A stretch of DNA of 64,000 bases from Candidatus Acetothermia bacterium. GTDB lineage: Bacteria > Bipolaricaulota > Bipolaricaulia > RBG-16-55-9 > DRXL01. Both the position numbers and the translations under genes were made by a program. This document shows positions 47,965 to 56,427 of the stretch, one piece after another (position 1 is the first letter of the stretch; each line of letters starts with the position of its first letter). The notes under the pieces were generated by a model. It made no database searches, had not been told where the DNA came from, and saw only the letters and a list, made by a program, of their open reading frames with translations. The stretch lies in contig JAJHSH010000049.1 in the NCBI GenBank assembly GCA_022683945.1, forward strand, positions 12,681-76,680. The letters run 5' to 3'.

Positions 47965-49365
47965 TCACAAGATATAGCGACTCAGATCAAGATCTTCTAC
48001 AATCTCGTGCAGTTTTTGGCGCACGTAGGCTGCATCCATAACGAAGCTCTTGGGAACGGGGAGATCGCACGTCTCAAAAGCAACATCTTCCATCAGTTTT
48101 TCCATCACCGTCTGCAAGCGACGCGCCCCGATGTTTTCTAGCCGTTCGTTCAAGCGATGCGAGATCTCTGCGATCTCTTCTATGGCGTCTTCGGAGAACT
48201 CTAAGCGCAAACCCTCGACGGCCATCAGCGCCTGATACTGCTTGGCAAGCGCGTCTTCGGGCTCGGTGAGAATTCTCTTAAAGTCGGCTTTCCCCAAGGA
48301 CTGTAGCTCTACACGAATGGGCAGCCGCCCTTGAAGCTCCGGAATGAGATCCGATGGCTTCGCCATCGTGAACGCGCCGGCTGCGATAAAGAGAATGTTA
48401 TCGGTACGGACGTTGCCGTGGCGCGTGCGCACCGTCGAGCCCTCTAAAATGGGCAGGAGATCGCGCTGCACGCCCTGGCGCGAGACCCCCGGTCCGAAGC
48501 GCTCCTCTCGCCCTCCCGCGGCGATCTTGTCTATCTCATCAACGAAGACAATCCCCGACTCTTCCGCCCGGCGCAGCCCCTGGCGGCGAATCTCTTCATG
48601 ATTGATGAGCGTATCGGCCTCTTGATTGAAGAGCACGTCGCGCGCCTCTTTGATCTGCAAGCGCTTGGTGATATAGCCAAAACCCATCGGATTGAGCTTT
48701 TCAAAAAGCTCGCCTAAGTCAACCCCCAATTGTTCCGAGCCCTCCATCGAGAAGACGTTGACTTGGGAGAAGGGCGATTCGCGCTTGACCCGTAGCTCAA
48801 TATATCGCTCTTCGAGCTCGCCGGCGCGCAGTTTCTCGCGAAAGCGTTCGCGCGTCCGCTGCCAAGACTCTTGACGCTCCAGATCCGAGCCCGCCGGCGG
48901 TGCAGCGCCGGCCAGCGCGTCGAGCACGCGCTCCTCTACGAGATGCTCGGCCTCGCGCCGGACTTTCTCGATGGCTTCTTGGCGCACTATATGCAGGCTC
49001 GCTTCTACTAAATCGCGAATCATCGAATCCACATCGCGCCCGACGTAGCCGACTTCGGTGTACTTCGTCGCTTCCACTTTCAAGAAGGGCGCTTTCACTA
49101 AATGAGCCAAGCGCCGAGCAATTTCGGTCTTGCCCACCCCCGTCGGGCCGATCATTAAGATATTCTTGGGCAGAATTTCACGGCGAATGGGATCGGTGAC
49201 GCGCATCCGCCGCACCCGATTGCGCAACGCGATCGCCACGGCTTTCTTGGCTTCGTACTGCCCGACGATATACTTGTCCAGCTCTGCGACGATCTCCTTG
49301 GGCGAGAGCGGGCGCTCCCGTTCGCGCTCCTCGGGCATAGCTTTCAGTTCGATCATCTCAGACAT
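47965..49365 (-). CDS. hslU: ATP-dependent protease ATPase subunit HslU
   Basis: LSPKEIVAELDKYIVGQYEAKKAVAIALRNR ... IGPTGVGKTEIARRLA. Confidence 0.95.
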   Translation of the reverse strand: MSEMIELKAMPEERERERPLSPKEIVAELDKYIVGQYEAKKAVAIALRNRVRRMRVTDPIRREILPKNILMIGPTGVGKTEIARRLAHLVKAPFLKVEATKYTEVGYVGRDVDSMIRDLVEASLHIVRQEAIEKVRREAEHLVEERVLDALAGAAPPAGSDLERQESWQRTRERFREKLRAGELEERYIELRVKRESPFSQVNVFSMEGSEQLGVDLGELFEKLNPMGFGYITKRLQIKEARDVLFNQEADTLINHEEIRRQGLRRAEESGIVFVDEIDKIAAGGREERFGPGVSRQGVQRDLLPILEGSTVRTRHGNVRTDNILFIAAGAFTMAKPSDLIPELQGRLPIRVELQSLGKADFKRILTEPEDALAKQYQALMAVEGLRLEFSEDAIEEIAEISHRLNERLENIGARRLQTVMEKLMEDVAFETCDLPVPKSFVMDAAYVRQKLHEIVEDLDLSRYIL

Positions 49366-49369
49366 AGAT

Positions 49370-49924
49370 TCACCACTCTAGTTCTTCAAGAGAGATATTT
49401 TGATTGGTATAGATGTCCAAGCCGGCGGCGATCTCCAGCGACTTGCGGGCGATCTCGCGGATGGGCATCTGGGTATTCTCACGCAGGGCCTTAGCAGCTG
49501 CCAGAGCATACGGGCCACCGGAACCAAGCCCGATGATCTCATCGTCGGGCTCGATGACGTCTCCGGCGCCGGTGACGAGCAACAGAGCTTCAGGATTCGC
49601 TACGGCCATCATCGCTTCTAATCTTCTCAAGACGCGATCGGTGCGCCAGTCTTTGGTCAGTTCGACGGCGGCGCGTTTGAGATTGCCCCCGAATTCTTTG
49701 AGCTTGCGCTCGAAGCGCTCAAAGAGCGTGATCGCATCGGCCGTCGCTCCGGAGAAGCCCACCAGCACCTGATCGCTATAGATACGTCGCACTTTTTTTG
49801 TCGTATGTTTGATAACGATATTATTCAGTGTCGCTTGGCCATCACAAGCGATGACGGTGCGGCGCTCGGCAGCAGAGCGGATCGCCAGAATCGTTGTGCC
49901 GCGAAGCTGATAATAATTACGCAC
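49370..49924 (-). CDS. hslV: ATP-dependent protease subunit HslV. The ORF is open to 50008; a GTG start at 49924 gives a short propeptide before TTILAIR.
   Basis: GTTILAIRSAAERRTVIACDGQATL ... GFSGATADAITLFERFE. Confidence 0.85.
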   Translation of the reverse strand: MRNYYQLRGTTILAIRSAAERRTVIACDGQATLNNIVIKHTTKKVRRIYSDQVLVGFSGATADAITLFERFERKLKEFGGNLKRAAVELTKDWRTDRVLRRLEAMMAVANPEALLLVTGAGDVIEPDDEIIGLGSGGPYALAAAKALRENTQMPIREIARKSLEIAAGLDIYTNQNISLEELEW

Positions 49925-49946
49925 AAGCACTATTCTAGAGCAAGCG

Positions 49947-50945
49947 CTAGCGTTTCTCAAACTTCTGCACGCGATGGTTATCCGAGTCGGCGATATAGAC
50001 CAGAGCATCTAAGACAGCCACGCCGCGCGGGCGTTTGAACTGTCCGGGTCTAGTGCCTTCGCCTCCCCAAGCGAGCACAAAGTTACCCTGAGCATCGAAG
50101 ATCTGAATGCGATGATGCCCCTGATTGGCAACATAGAGATTATTGGCGCTGTCCAATGCTATATGATAAGGTCGGCGCATCTGCTCCGGTCTATCTCCGG
50201 GGCCGCCGAGTCTCGCTAAAAATTTCCCGGCAGCGTCAAACTTTTGAACCCGATCGTTGCGATTATCAGAGAGATAGATATTCCCGGCGCCGTCCAGAGC
50301 GATCCCCGCGGGGACGTTGAACTGGCCGTCGCCTGCGCCGGGGAGACCGAACTTGCCCAAAAATCTCCCTGTGGGACTGAACTTCTGCACGCGATGGTTG
50401 AACCCATCGGTGATATAGAGATTGCCCTCTTTATCAAGAGCGATGCCTACGGGGATGCTGAACTGTCCGTCACCGCGCTCTAAGGGGCCCGCGCCGTCGG
50501 GATCCACGCAGCCTTTGCCGATCTCTTTGGTAAAGGGGTTCTGGCCGTAAAGGTCACAGAGAGTTCCCCATTTGGCTAAGAATTTTCCGCTCTTGTCAAA
50601 CTTCTGGATACGATGATTGAACGAGTCTGCGATATAGATATGGCCCTCTTTGTCTAGAGCGATTCCGCCGGGGGAGTCGAACTGCCCGTCGCCCAAGCCC
50701 TTCGCGCCCCATTTCGCTAAAAATCTTCCGTTGGCGTCGAATCGCTGAACGCGATGGTTCTCCGTGTCCGCGATGTAGATCGTCCCGTCGTCGGCAACGG
50801 CGATCCCTTCGGGAGCTTTGAACTGGCCGTCGCCGCTGCCCTCGCGTCCCCATTGCGTAACGAAGCTGGGCGCGCTCATCTGGGAGAGCGCGAGTAGAGT
50901 CGCCAGAAGAACTGTTGTGAGGCCGAGATAGAGAGATTTGTGCAT
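49947..50945 (-). CDS. Secreted NHL-repeat beta-propeller protein. The ORF is open to 51023; the likely start is MHKSLYLG after a gagggagg RBS.
   Basis: Six repeats of the type IYIADTENHRVQRFD / LYVANQGHHRIQIFD. Confidence 0.75.
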   Translation of the reverse strand: MHKSLYLGLTTVLLATLLALSQMSAPSFVTQWGREGSGDGQFKAPEGIAVADDGTIYIADTENHRVQRFDANGRFLAKWGAKGLGDGQFDSPGGIALDKEGHIYIADSFNHRIQKFDKSGKFLAKWGTLCDLYGQNPFTKEIGKGCVDPDGAGPLERGDGQFSIPVGIALDKEGNLYITDGFNHRVQKFSPTGRFLGKFGLPGAGDGQFNVPAGIALDGAGNIYLSDNRNDRVQKFDAAGKFLARLGGPGDRPEQMRRPYHIALDSANNLYVANQGHHRIQIFDAQGNFVLAWGGEGTRPGQFKRPRGVAVLDALVYIADSDNHRVQKFEKR

Positions 50946-50976
50946 GGTGCCTCCCTCTTGGTTTGGAGTCTGTTTA

Positions 50977-52131
50977 TTATAGCGCTGCGGGAGTCGAGGC
51001 TGCCAGTTGACGGAAGATTTCAATCAGACGCTCCGCGCAGCGCTCGATGCTCATCTCGTGGGCCTTGCGCTTCGCTCCCGCGCGGAGCTTCTGTCGTTCT
51101 TGCTCGTCGCGCAAGAGCGACAAGATCGTTTCAACAAAGTCCTCTTCGGAGACCAAAACGCCCGTCTCGTCGGGGAAGACGACCTCTTGGACGCCCATCG
51201 CGCGCACGGCCACCGTTGGAAGCCCGGCGGCCATCGCTTCCATCAAGACCAGCCCTTGCGTCTCGGTCTTGGACGCGAAGAGAAAGAGATCCGCAGCGCG
51301 ATAGTGATCTACCAACTCTTCTCTAGGGATAAATCCCGTAAAGATCACGCGATCTCCCAATTGTAGTCTCTGCGCAAGCTGTTCCAAATGCTCACGATAG
51401 GAGCCATCGCCTGCGAGCACCAAGCGCAAAGCTCGCTCTCCTCCCCAGCGATCCAAGAGGGCACGAAAGCTCTGTAACAGAAAATCTAAGTTTTTCTCGG
51501 CTCCCAGCCGGCCCGCATAGAGCAAGAAAAGCTCTTGGGGGGATAGCCCCAGCTTTTGGCGCGCGTCGAATCTCAGAGGGCGCTCATAGGGCTCGGTATC
51601 GACTCCAAACGGGAGCAAATAGATGGGCTTGTGTACGCCGTAGCGCAAGAGCTCCGCACGCATGGCTTCCGATGGAACAGTAGTCGCGTCGCAGCGGTTG
51701 CAGAAGGCTGCGCTCAGTCGTTCGGTCATCTGGCGCGAGGGGCGAACGAGTCGCGGGAGATAGTGCAGATACTCCGTGAAGAGCGTGTGGTACGTATGAA
51801 TATGTGGCAGCTTATATCTTCTTGCTACGCGGAGCGCCAAGAGCCCCATAGAGAAGGGCGTGTGGCTATAGACGGCTTCCAACTGTGCAAAGACAGAGAA
51901 GGCCCGACGGTCATAGGGGATGACGATGCGGCTCTCTTTGTGGAAGCGCGCGTTGACCGCAGGAAAACGAAAGATATGGCCGTTCTGGTGACGCTGCTCG
52001 CGAAAATACGCGGGCGCGAAGATATAGACTTGGTGTCCTTGGCGCATGAAGACGCGCTCCAGATCGCAGACGATGCTGGTCACGCCGTTGATCTGCGGTG
52101 TAAAAGTATCTGTAAAGATTCCTAGTTTCAT
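50977..52131 (-). CDS. GT4-family glycosyltransferase
   Basis: MKLGIFTDTFTPQINGV ... EAMAAGLPTVA, the GT-B C-terminal motif. Confidence 0.8.
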   Translation of the reverse strand: MKLGIFTDTFTPQINGVTSIVCDLERVFMRQGHQVYIFAPAYFREQRHQNGHIFRFPAVNARFHKESRIVIPYDRRAFSVFAQLEAVYSHTPFSMGLLALRVARRYKLPHIHTYHTLFTEYLHYLPRLVRPSRQMTERLSAAFCNRCDATTVPSEAMRAELLRYGVHKPIYLLPFGVDTEPYERPLRFDARQKLGLSPQELFLLYAGRLGAEKNLDFLLQSFRALLDRWGGERALRLVLAGDGSYREHLEQLAQRLQLGDRVIFTGFIPREELVDHYRAADLFLFASKTETQGLVLMEAMAAGLPTVAVRAMGVQEVVFPDETGVLVSEEDFVETILSLLRDEQERQKLRAGAKRKAHEMSIERCAERLIEIFRQLAASTPAAL

Positions 52132-52652
52132 AGAGTATCCTCCGCACAGAGCGGACAGAACTCACTCTCGCAGAGCGTACTGCAACGTGGGCAGGGCTTC
52201 CAGCCCCACTCGCGTCGCGCTCGCTCTATGCGCTTGGCCGTGCTCATCAATCGTTTCAGATCTTCACGCAGTTCGGCGCTCTCGATCTCCGTTGCGAGCT
52301 GCTCGATCTCGCGCTCTTCTTGAGGCAGCAACGGAACCCGCGCGAGCGAGAACGGCGGCTCTCCCTTCGGCTTAGATTCTACCACAAAACGGACTTCGCG
52401 CACGCGCTCCTCGCCGAAATGCTCGTTGAGCTTCTTGCGAAACTCTGCGCGCATGAGAGTGAACTCATGCTGAAAGACATGACTGGTTACAGCCACAAAG
52501 AGCACGCCGTTCTGCACATAAAGCGGCTCGGTTATTTTAGCCATGCGTGCGCCGACGACCTTGGGCCAGTGCAGCGCCGGCTCCTGCGCACGATACTCTT
52601 CGCCCAAGCCGTGACGACGAAAGAGCTTCTCCATCAGTATTGCTTCGATCAT
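52128..52652 (-). CDS. DUF721 (DciA-like) protein with a C-terminal zinc ribbon
   Basis: Located immediately after recF, as is typical for DUF721. C-terminal CPRCSTLCESEFCPLC. Confidence 0.6.
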   Translation of the reverse strand: MIEAILMEKLFRRHGLGEEYRAQEPALHWPKVVGARMAKITEPLYVQNGVLFVAVTSHVFQHEFTLMRAEFRKKLNEHFGEERVREVRFVVESKPKGEPPFSLARVPLLPQEEREIEQLATEIESAELREDLKRLMSTAKRIERARREWGWKPCPRCSTLCESEFCPLCAEDTL

Positions 52653-53740
52653 AGTTTCTCTGTGATCTGTCCCGCTGTGATCAGATAGAGACGACGAGCG
52701 CCTCGGCGCAACTCGCTGGGCATCTCTTCATCGGTAGAAGCTGTGTGCGTCAAGAAGATCTGCAGATTTTTAGGCAAAAGCTGGAGAAGCCGCTGGGTGC
52801 GAGCGCGATCCAATTCGGAGAGCACGTCGTCCAAGATTAAGATGGGGTAATCGTGAAAGCGTTCGTAGTGGAGCTCGACTTGTGTCAGCAAGAGGGCGCA
52901 GAGCACCGATTTCTGTTCGCCTTGAGAGCCAAAGCGCTTTACGTCGTGTTCGTTGAGGTCGAAGCGCAGGTCATCGCGCTGAGGCCCCACGAGCGCTTGT
53001 CGGCGTCGCAACTCTGCGCGGCGGGCCTTGGCCAGTAATTGCGCCAGATCCCTTTGGAGATCGTCGTTCTGAGAGAGCGCTGTTTCATAGTGCGCGCGTA
53101 GTTGTGAGGTCTGGTCGGAGATCTGCTGGTAGTGCTGGGAGAGCTTTTCGTTGATCTTGTGCAGATATGACCGTCTTTGGGCGACCAGCCGTGCGCCGCG
53201 CTCGCTCAGTTCTTCGTCATAAACGTCCAGCAGATCCATATTAGGGCGCTCGGAGCGCAGGAGCGCGCTCTTGCGCCGCAGGATCTGTTCGTACTCCAAA
53301 AGCGTATGTTTATAGGTACGATGCAGATCGGCGATGCTGCGATCTAAAAAGCGTCGGCGCTGCTCCGGGCTGCCCTTGATGACTTGTAGCTCATCGGGCG
53401 TGAAGAGCAGGACGCGCAGTAGAGCGCTCAGCTCGCTCTGGCTCTTCTTCTCGTGATTGAGTTCTATGGTCTTCGCTCTGGCGCTGCCGTTGAGATGGAG
53501 ACGGATGTGATCTCCGCTGAGAGAGAATTCTAAGAGCGCTTCGCTCTGATCCCAGCTGATCAGATCGCGCTGACGTTCTCCCTTAAGCGGCCAGCCCTTG
53601 GCGGCGTAATAGATCGCCTCGCAGAGGTTGCTCTTGCCCGCGGCGTTGGGCCCGGCGATGATATTCAGCCCGCCGTCGGGAGCGAGATCTATAGAGACCA
53701 AATTGCGGACATGGCGCAAGACGATGCGATCTAATTTCAT
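52649..53740 (-). CDS. recF: DNA replication and repair protein RecF
   Basis: Walker A GPNAAGKSNLCEAI, signature FGSQGEQKS, Walker B LILDDVLSELD. Confidence 0.95.
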   Translation of the reverse strand: MKLDRIVLRHVRNLVSIDLAPDGGLNIIAGPNAAGKSNLCEAIYYAAKGWPLKGERQRDLISWDQSEALLEFSLSGDHIRLHLNGSARAKTIELNHEKKSQSELSALLRVLLFTPDELQVIKGSPEQRRRFLDRSIADLHRTYKHTLLEYEQILRRKSALLRSERPNMDLLDVYDEELSERGARLVAQRRSYLHKINEKLSQHYQQISDQTSQLRAHYETALSQNDDLQRDLAQLLAKARRAELRRRQALVGPQRDDLRFDLNEHDVKRFGSQGEQKSVLCALLLTQVELHYERFHDYPILILDDVLSELDRARTQRLLQLLPKNLQIFLTHTASTDEEMPSELRRGARRLYLITAGQITEKL

Positions 53741-53753
53741 CTCGGTTTTTATT

Positions 53754-54836
53754 TTACTTGGGATAGGCGGGAGCGGCCAACTTGAGAAGATACTCTCTCA
53801 GCGCGTCGATCTCGGAGCGAAAGAGCGGGCTTTCCGCCAGCGCTTTGGCCTTGCGATAGGCGTACATAATAGTGCTGTGATCGCGCCCGCCGAAGGCCGC
53901 GCCCAGCGCGGGGAAGGAGCTTTCGGTCAGCTCGCGCGCCAGATAGATCGCTAATTGTCGGGCCTGCGCGACGCGCCGCTCGCGGCTCTCGCTCTCCAAG
54001 TCTTCTGTGCGAAGCTGATAGTGCCGGGCAATCTCTCTCTTAACAGTTGCGACATCGAGGACCAGAGGGCGCTCGACCTCGGCGGGCAGCAACTCAAAGA
54101 CCAACTGCGACGTGATCTCTTGGCTATGAAGCGCGGCGCTCGCGGCCAGACGGATGAGCGCCCCTTCGAGCGCGCGCACGTTGGTGCGCACGCGCTGGGC
54201 GATCAATTCTAAGATCGCTTCGGGGATATCCAAGTTATGGTCTTGGGCTTTGGCACGGAGAATAGCGAGTCGCGCTTCAAACGGGGGCGGCTGAATATCG
54301 GCGACCAAGCCCCAGCGAAAGCGTGAGACCAGTTGTTCTTGCAGTTGGGGCAGCGCCTCTGGAGAGCGATCCGAAGCAAGAACAATCTGTTTACCCCGTT
54401 GATGAAGCTCGTTAAACGTATGACAGAGCTCTTCTTGCAGGGCTGCTTTTTCTCTCAAAAAGTGCACATCGTCCAGGAGCAAGAGATCGGCGCTGCGATA
54501 GATCTTGCGGAATTGCGCGGTCTTGTTCTCTTGGATCGCGCGATAGAACTCTGTCGCCAAGCGCTCGCAGGTGCTATAGATAATATGGAGAAAGCGATGC
54601 TGCTGCAGCGCGCCGTTGCCGATGGCATGGAGCAGATGGGTCTTGCCCAGCCCCGGAGCGCTGTAAATATAGAGGGGGTTATAGGCGTGTGCCGGGTGCT
54701 CTGCCACAGCCAGCGACGCCGCATACGCGAGACGATTGTTCTCCCCGCGAACAAAACGCGCGAACGTATAATCTTCGCAGAGCGTCGGTGCCGTGACAGG
54801 GGCCCATGACTCCTTGAACTCCGCTCCTGTTCTCAT
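53754..54836 (-). CDS. dnaA: DnaA-like initiator consisting of AAA+ domain III and DNA-binding domain IV only; it lacks N-terminal domains I and II
   Basis: YTFARFVRGENNRLAYAAS, GLGKTHLL, DDVHFL, VLASDR, VSRFRWGLVADIQPPPFEARLAIL, GGRDHSTIMYAYRK. Only about 22 aa precede domain III. Confidence 0.8.
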   Translation of the reverse strand: MRTGAEFKESWAPVTAPTLCEDYTFARFVRGENNRLAYAASLAVAEHPAHAYNPLYIYSAPGLGKTHLLHAIGNGALQQHRFLHIIYSTCERLATEFYRAIQENKTAQFRKIYRSADLLLLDDVHFLREKAALQEELCHTFNELHQRGKQIVLASDRSPEALPQLQEQLVSRFRWGLVADIQPPPFEARLAILRAKAQDHNLDIPEAILELIAQRVRTNVRALEGALIRLAASAALHSQEITSQLVFELLPAEVERPLVLDVATVKREIARHYQLRTEDLESESRERRVAQARQLAIYLARELTESSFPALGAAFGGRDHSTIMYAYRKAKALAESPLFRSEIDALREYLLKLAAPAYPK

Positions 54837-54861
54837 CTTGTGCTAACCCCTGTTGCGGTAG

Positions 54862-54893
54862 GTAGAGAGAGCATAGCAGAGATTTCGCCCGGC
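54862..54893 (-). promoter_or_regulatory. Putative sigma70 promoter for the dnaA-like gene (TTGACA, ~18-nt spacer, TATGCT on the minus strand), overlapped by a 10-bp inverted repeat cagagatttc/gaaatctctg
   Basis: Hexamers read from the reverse complement. The inverted repeat arms lie at 54870-54879 and 54919-54928. Confidence 0.35.
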
Positions 54894-55279
54894 TGTCAAG
54901 TGAGGATTCCAGAGAGAGAACGCTGAAATCTCTGTTAAAGAGGGCGTTTTTGTGCAGAGCCTGCGCTGGGCATCCGACGGCATTTGAGCAAGCGGGATTT
55001 TTTCAAAGAACGATGACCATCTTGGGCGCACCAGATGATCGCTCTTTGATCTTCAGTCTGAAGTGCAGGAAGTTGATCACCTTTAGCAAAACGTTCTCTG
55101 CAAGAGAGAAAACGCTTGGGACGCTTGCCGGTCGCGCATTGGAGAGAGCCTAGATAAGAGCACAATCTGAAAAGATTCCCCAACGTCCCATCAATTAGCG
55201 GACGCAAGAACGTCAGACAACTTCTATTGCGTGTTAAAGCGATTCATCACGGTCTCTATAGCTGGTTTGTTAGGCGCTC

Positions 55280-55525
55280 TTAATCCGGCCAAGTCTCTTC
55301 GAGGCGCTCCATCTCCTGAAGCAGGTCCTTGATCTTCATCTGTAGCCATTCCAACTGGACTGCCATCTCCGCCCAGTGGTTGATGTAGTCGTCGCTACCG
55401 GGAGATTGCTGTTTCAAAGCATCAAGCTCTACTAAATAGCGATGGCTTAGTTCAGCAACTTCGTGAGAGATCGTATCCAGCAGATCAGATGTCCATTTTA
55501 TAGATCTAGTTTTCGTAGCTTTCAT
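55280..55525 (-). CDS. Hypothetical 81-aa coiled-coil protein (second gene of the mini-insert)
   Basis: ORF with a 3-nt gap to the upstream 65-aa ORF. No known motif. Confidence 0.35.
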   Translation of the reverse strand: MKATKTRSIKWTSDLLDTISHEVAELSHRYLVELDALKQQSPGSDDYINHWAEMAVQLEWLQMKIKDLLQEMERLEETWPD

Positions 55526-55528
55526 CCA

Positions 55529-55726
55529 TTACCTCCTACGGTGCTGCAACCGTCGCTCCAGTTTCTCGATCTGTGCCTGAGCATTGGCAATCTGCTTGCG
55601 CCACAGTTCGATACGGGCCTCATTCGGGTAGGGTTTCGCCTGTTCGGCTCGAATCTTGGCCTCATGTGTAGCGATCATCCGTTGGTGTCCTTCTATTCGC
55701 TTACGGATATCTCTGGCTATCCCCAT
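55529..55726 (-). CDS. Hypothetical 65-aa basic coiled-coil protein (first gene of the mini-insert), possibly leaderless
   Basis: A TTGTCT-18-TATACT promoter-like sequence ends 8 nt before the ATG. C-terminus RRLQHRRR. Confidence 0.35.
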   Translation of the reverse strand: MGIARDIRKRIEGHQRMIATHEAKIRAEQAKPYPNEARIELWRKQIANAQAQIEKLERRLQHRRR

Positions 55727-55813
55727 CGCGGTCAGTATACTTTAAATCCCCACCCTTAGACAAGTGCCTTGGGGATCATTAGATCATCTTGAGGAAGTTT
55801 TTGCAACCAACCC

Positions 55814-56365
55814 TCACGGCAAATTAAAGCGATTCATCACGGTTTCTATGTCACTCTCCACGAAGCACCCTATCGCTGCCGCCGCGCGAGCAAGAAACTC
55901 TGAGAGCTGCTTGGCTTCGTCCTCGCTGAACTCTTCCAGGACATAATCTGCCAGTTCGCTCAAGGGCTGCTCCGAGCCGATCCCCAGCTTCAATCTGGGA
56001 ATCTCTTGGGTCTGCAGCGCTTCGATAATAGATAACATTCCGTGATGCCCTCCCGCTCCGCCCTGGGCTTTCGCGCGCATCTGGCCAAAGGGGAGCGAGT
56101 AGTCATCATAGACGATGAGCAATTCTTGCGGCGTGACGGAGCAGCGCTCGCAGACTTCTTCGACAGAGATCCCGCTGAGATTCATATAGACTGAGGGCTC
56201 CACGACGAGCGTTTCGCCTACACGATAGATTACGGAGAAGTCGTGCTCTTGCTTGGCGACGCCAGCAAGTCTCGACAAAAACGCGCGCACCGCCATTCGG
56301 CCTAGATTGTGGCGCGTGCGTTCGTAGCGCTTGCCGGGATTGCCCAAACCGACAACGGCTTTCAT
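55814..56365 (-). CDS. pth: Peptidyl-tRNA hydrolase
   Basis: MKAVVGLGNPGKRYERTRHNLG ... HNG catalytic region GGHHGMLSI. Confidence 0.95.
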   Translation of the reverse strand: MKAVVGLGNPGKRYERTRHNLGRMAVRAFLSRLAGVAKQEHDFSVIYRVGETLVVEPSVYMNLSGISVEEVCERCSVTPQELLIVYDDYSLPFGQMRAKAQGGAGGHHGMLSIIEALQTQEIPRLKLGIGSEQPLSELADYVLEEFSEDEAKQLSEFLARAAAAIGCFVESDIETVMNRFNLP

Positions 56366-56383
56366 AAAGATTCAGAAAGAATT

Positions 56384-56410
56384 GTAGGGGCAAGATCACC
56401 TTGCCCCTAC
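56384..56410. repeat. GTAGGGGC...GCCCCTAC hairpin, copy 4, between rplY and pth
   Basis: tgtaggggcaagatcaccttgcccctac. Confidence 0.7.
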
Positions 56411-56427
56411 TCCATGCACTAGCTAGC

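Larger units (their letters stand above)
55234..55849. mobile_element. ~590-bp two-gene mini-insert in the 3' end of pth, bounded by 26-bp direct repeats (25/26 identical) that duplicate the pth C-terminal codons
   Basis: ttaaagcgattcatcacggtCtctat at 55234-55259 and ttaaagcgattcatcacggtTtctat at 55824-55849. The latter encodes IETVMNRFN of Pth. Confidence 0.5.

Noticed and set aside
54837-55233. oriC upstream of the dnaA-like gene
   Set aside because: No cluster of TTATCCACA-like boxes was seen. Only three GATC sites and a modest AT stretch are present, and dnaN is absent. It was kept as a promoter/operator region, but oriC cannot be supported from this sequence alone.
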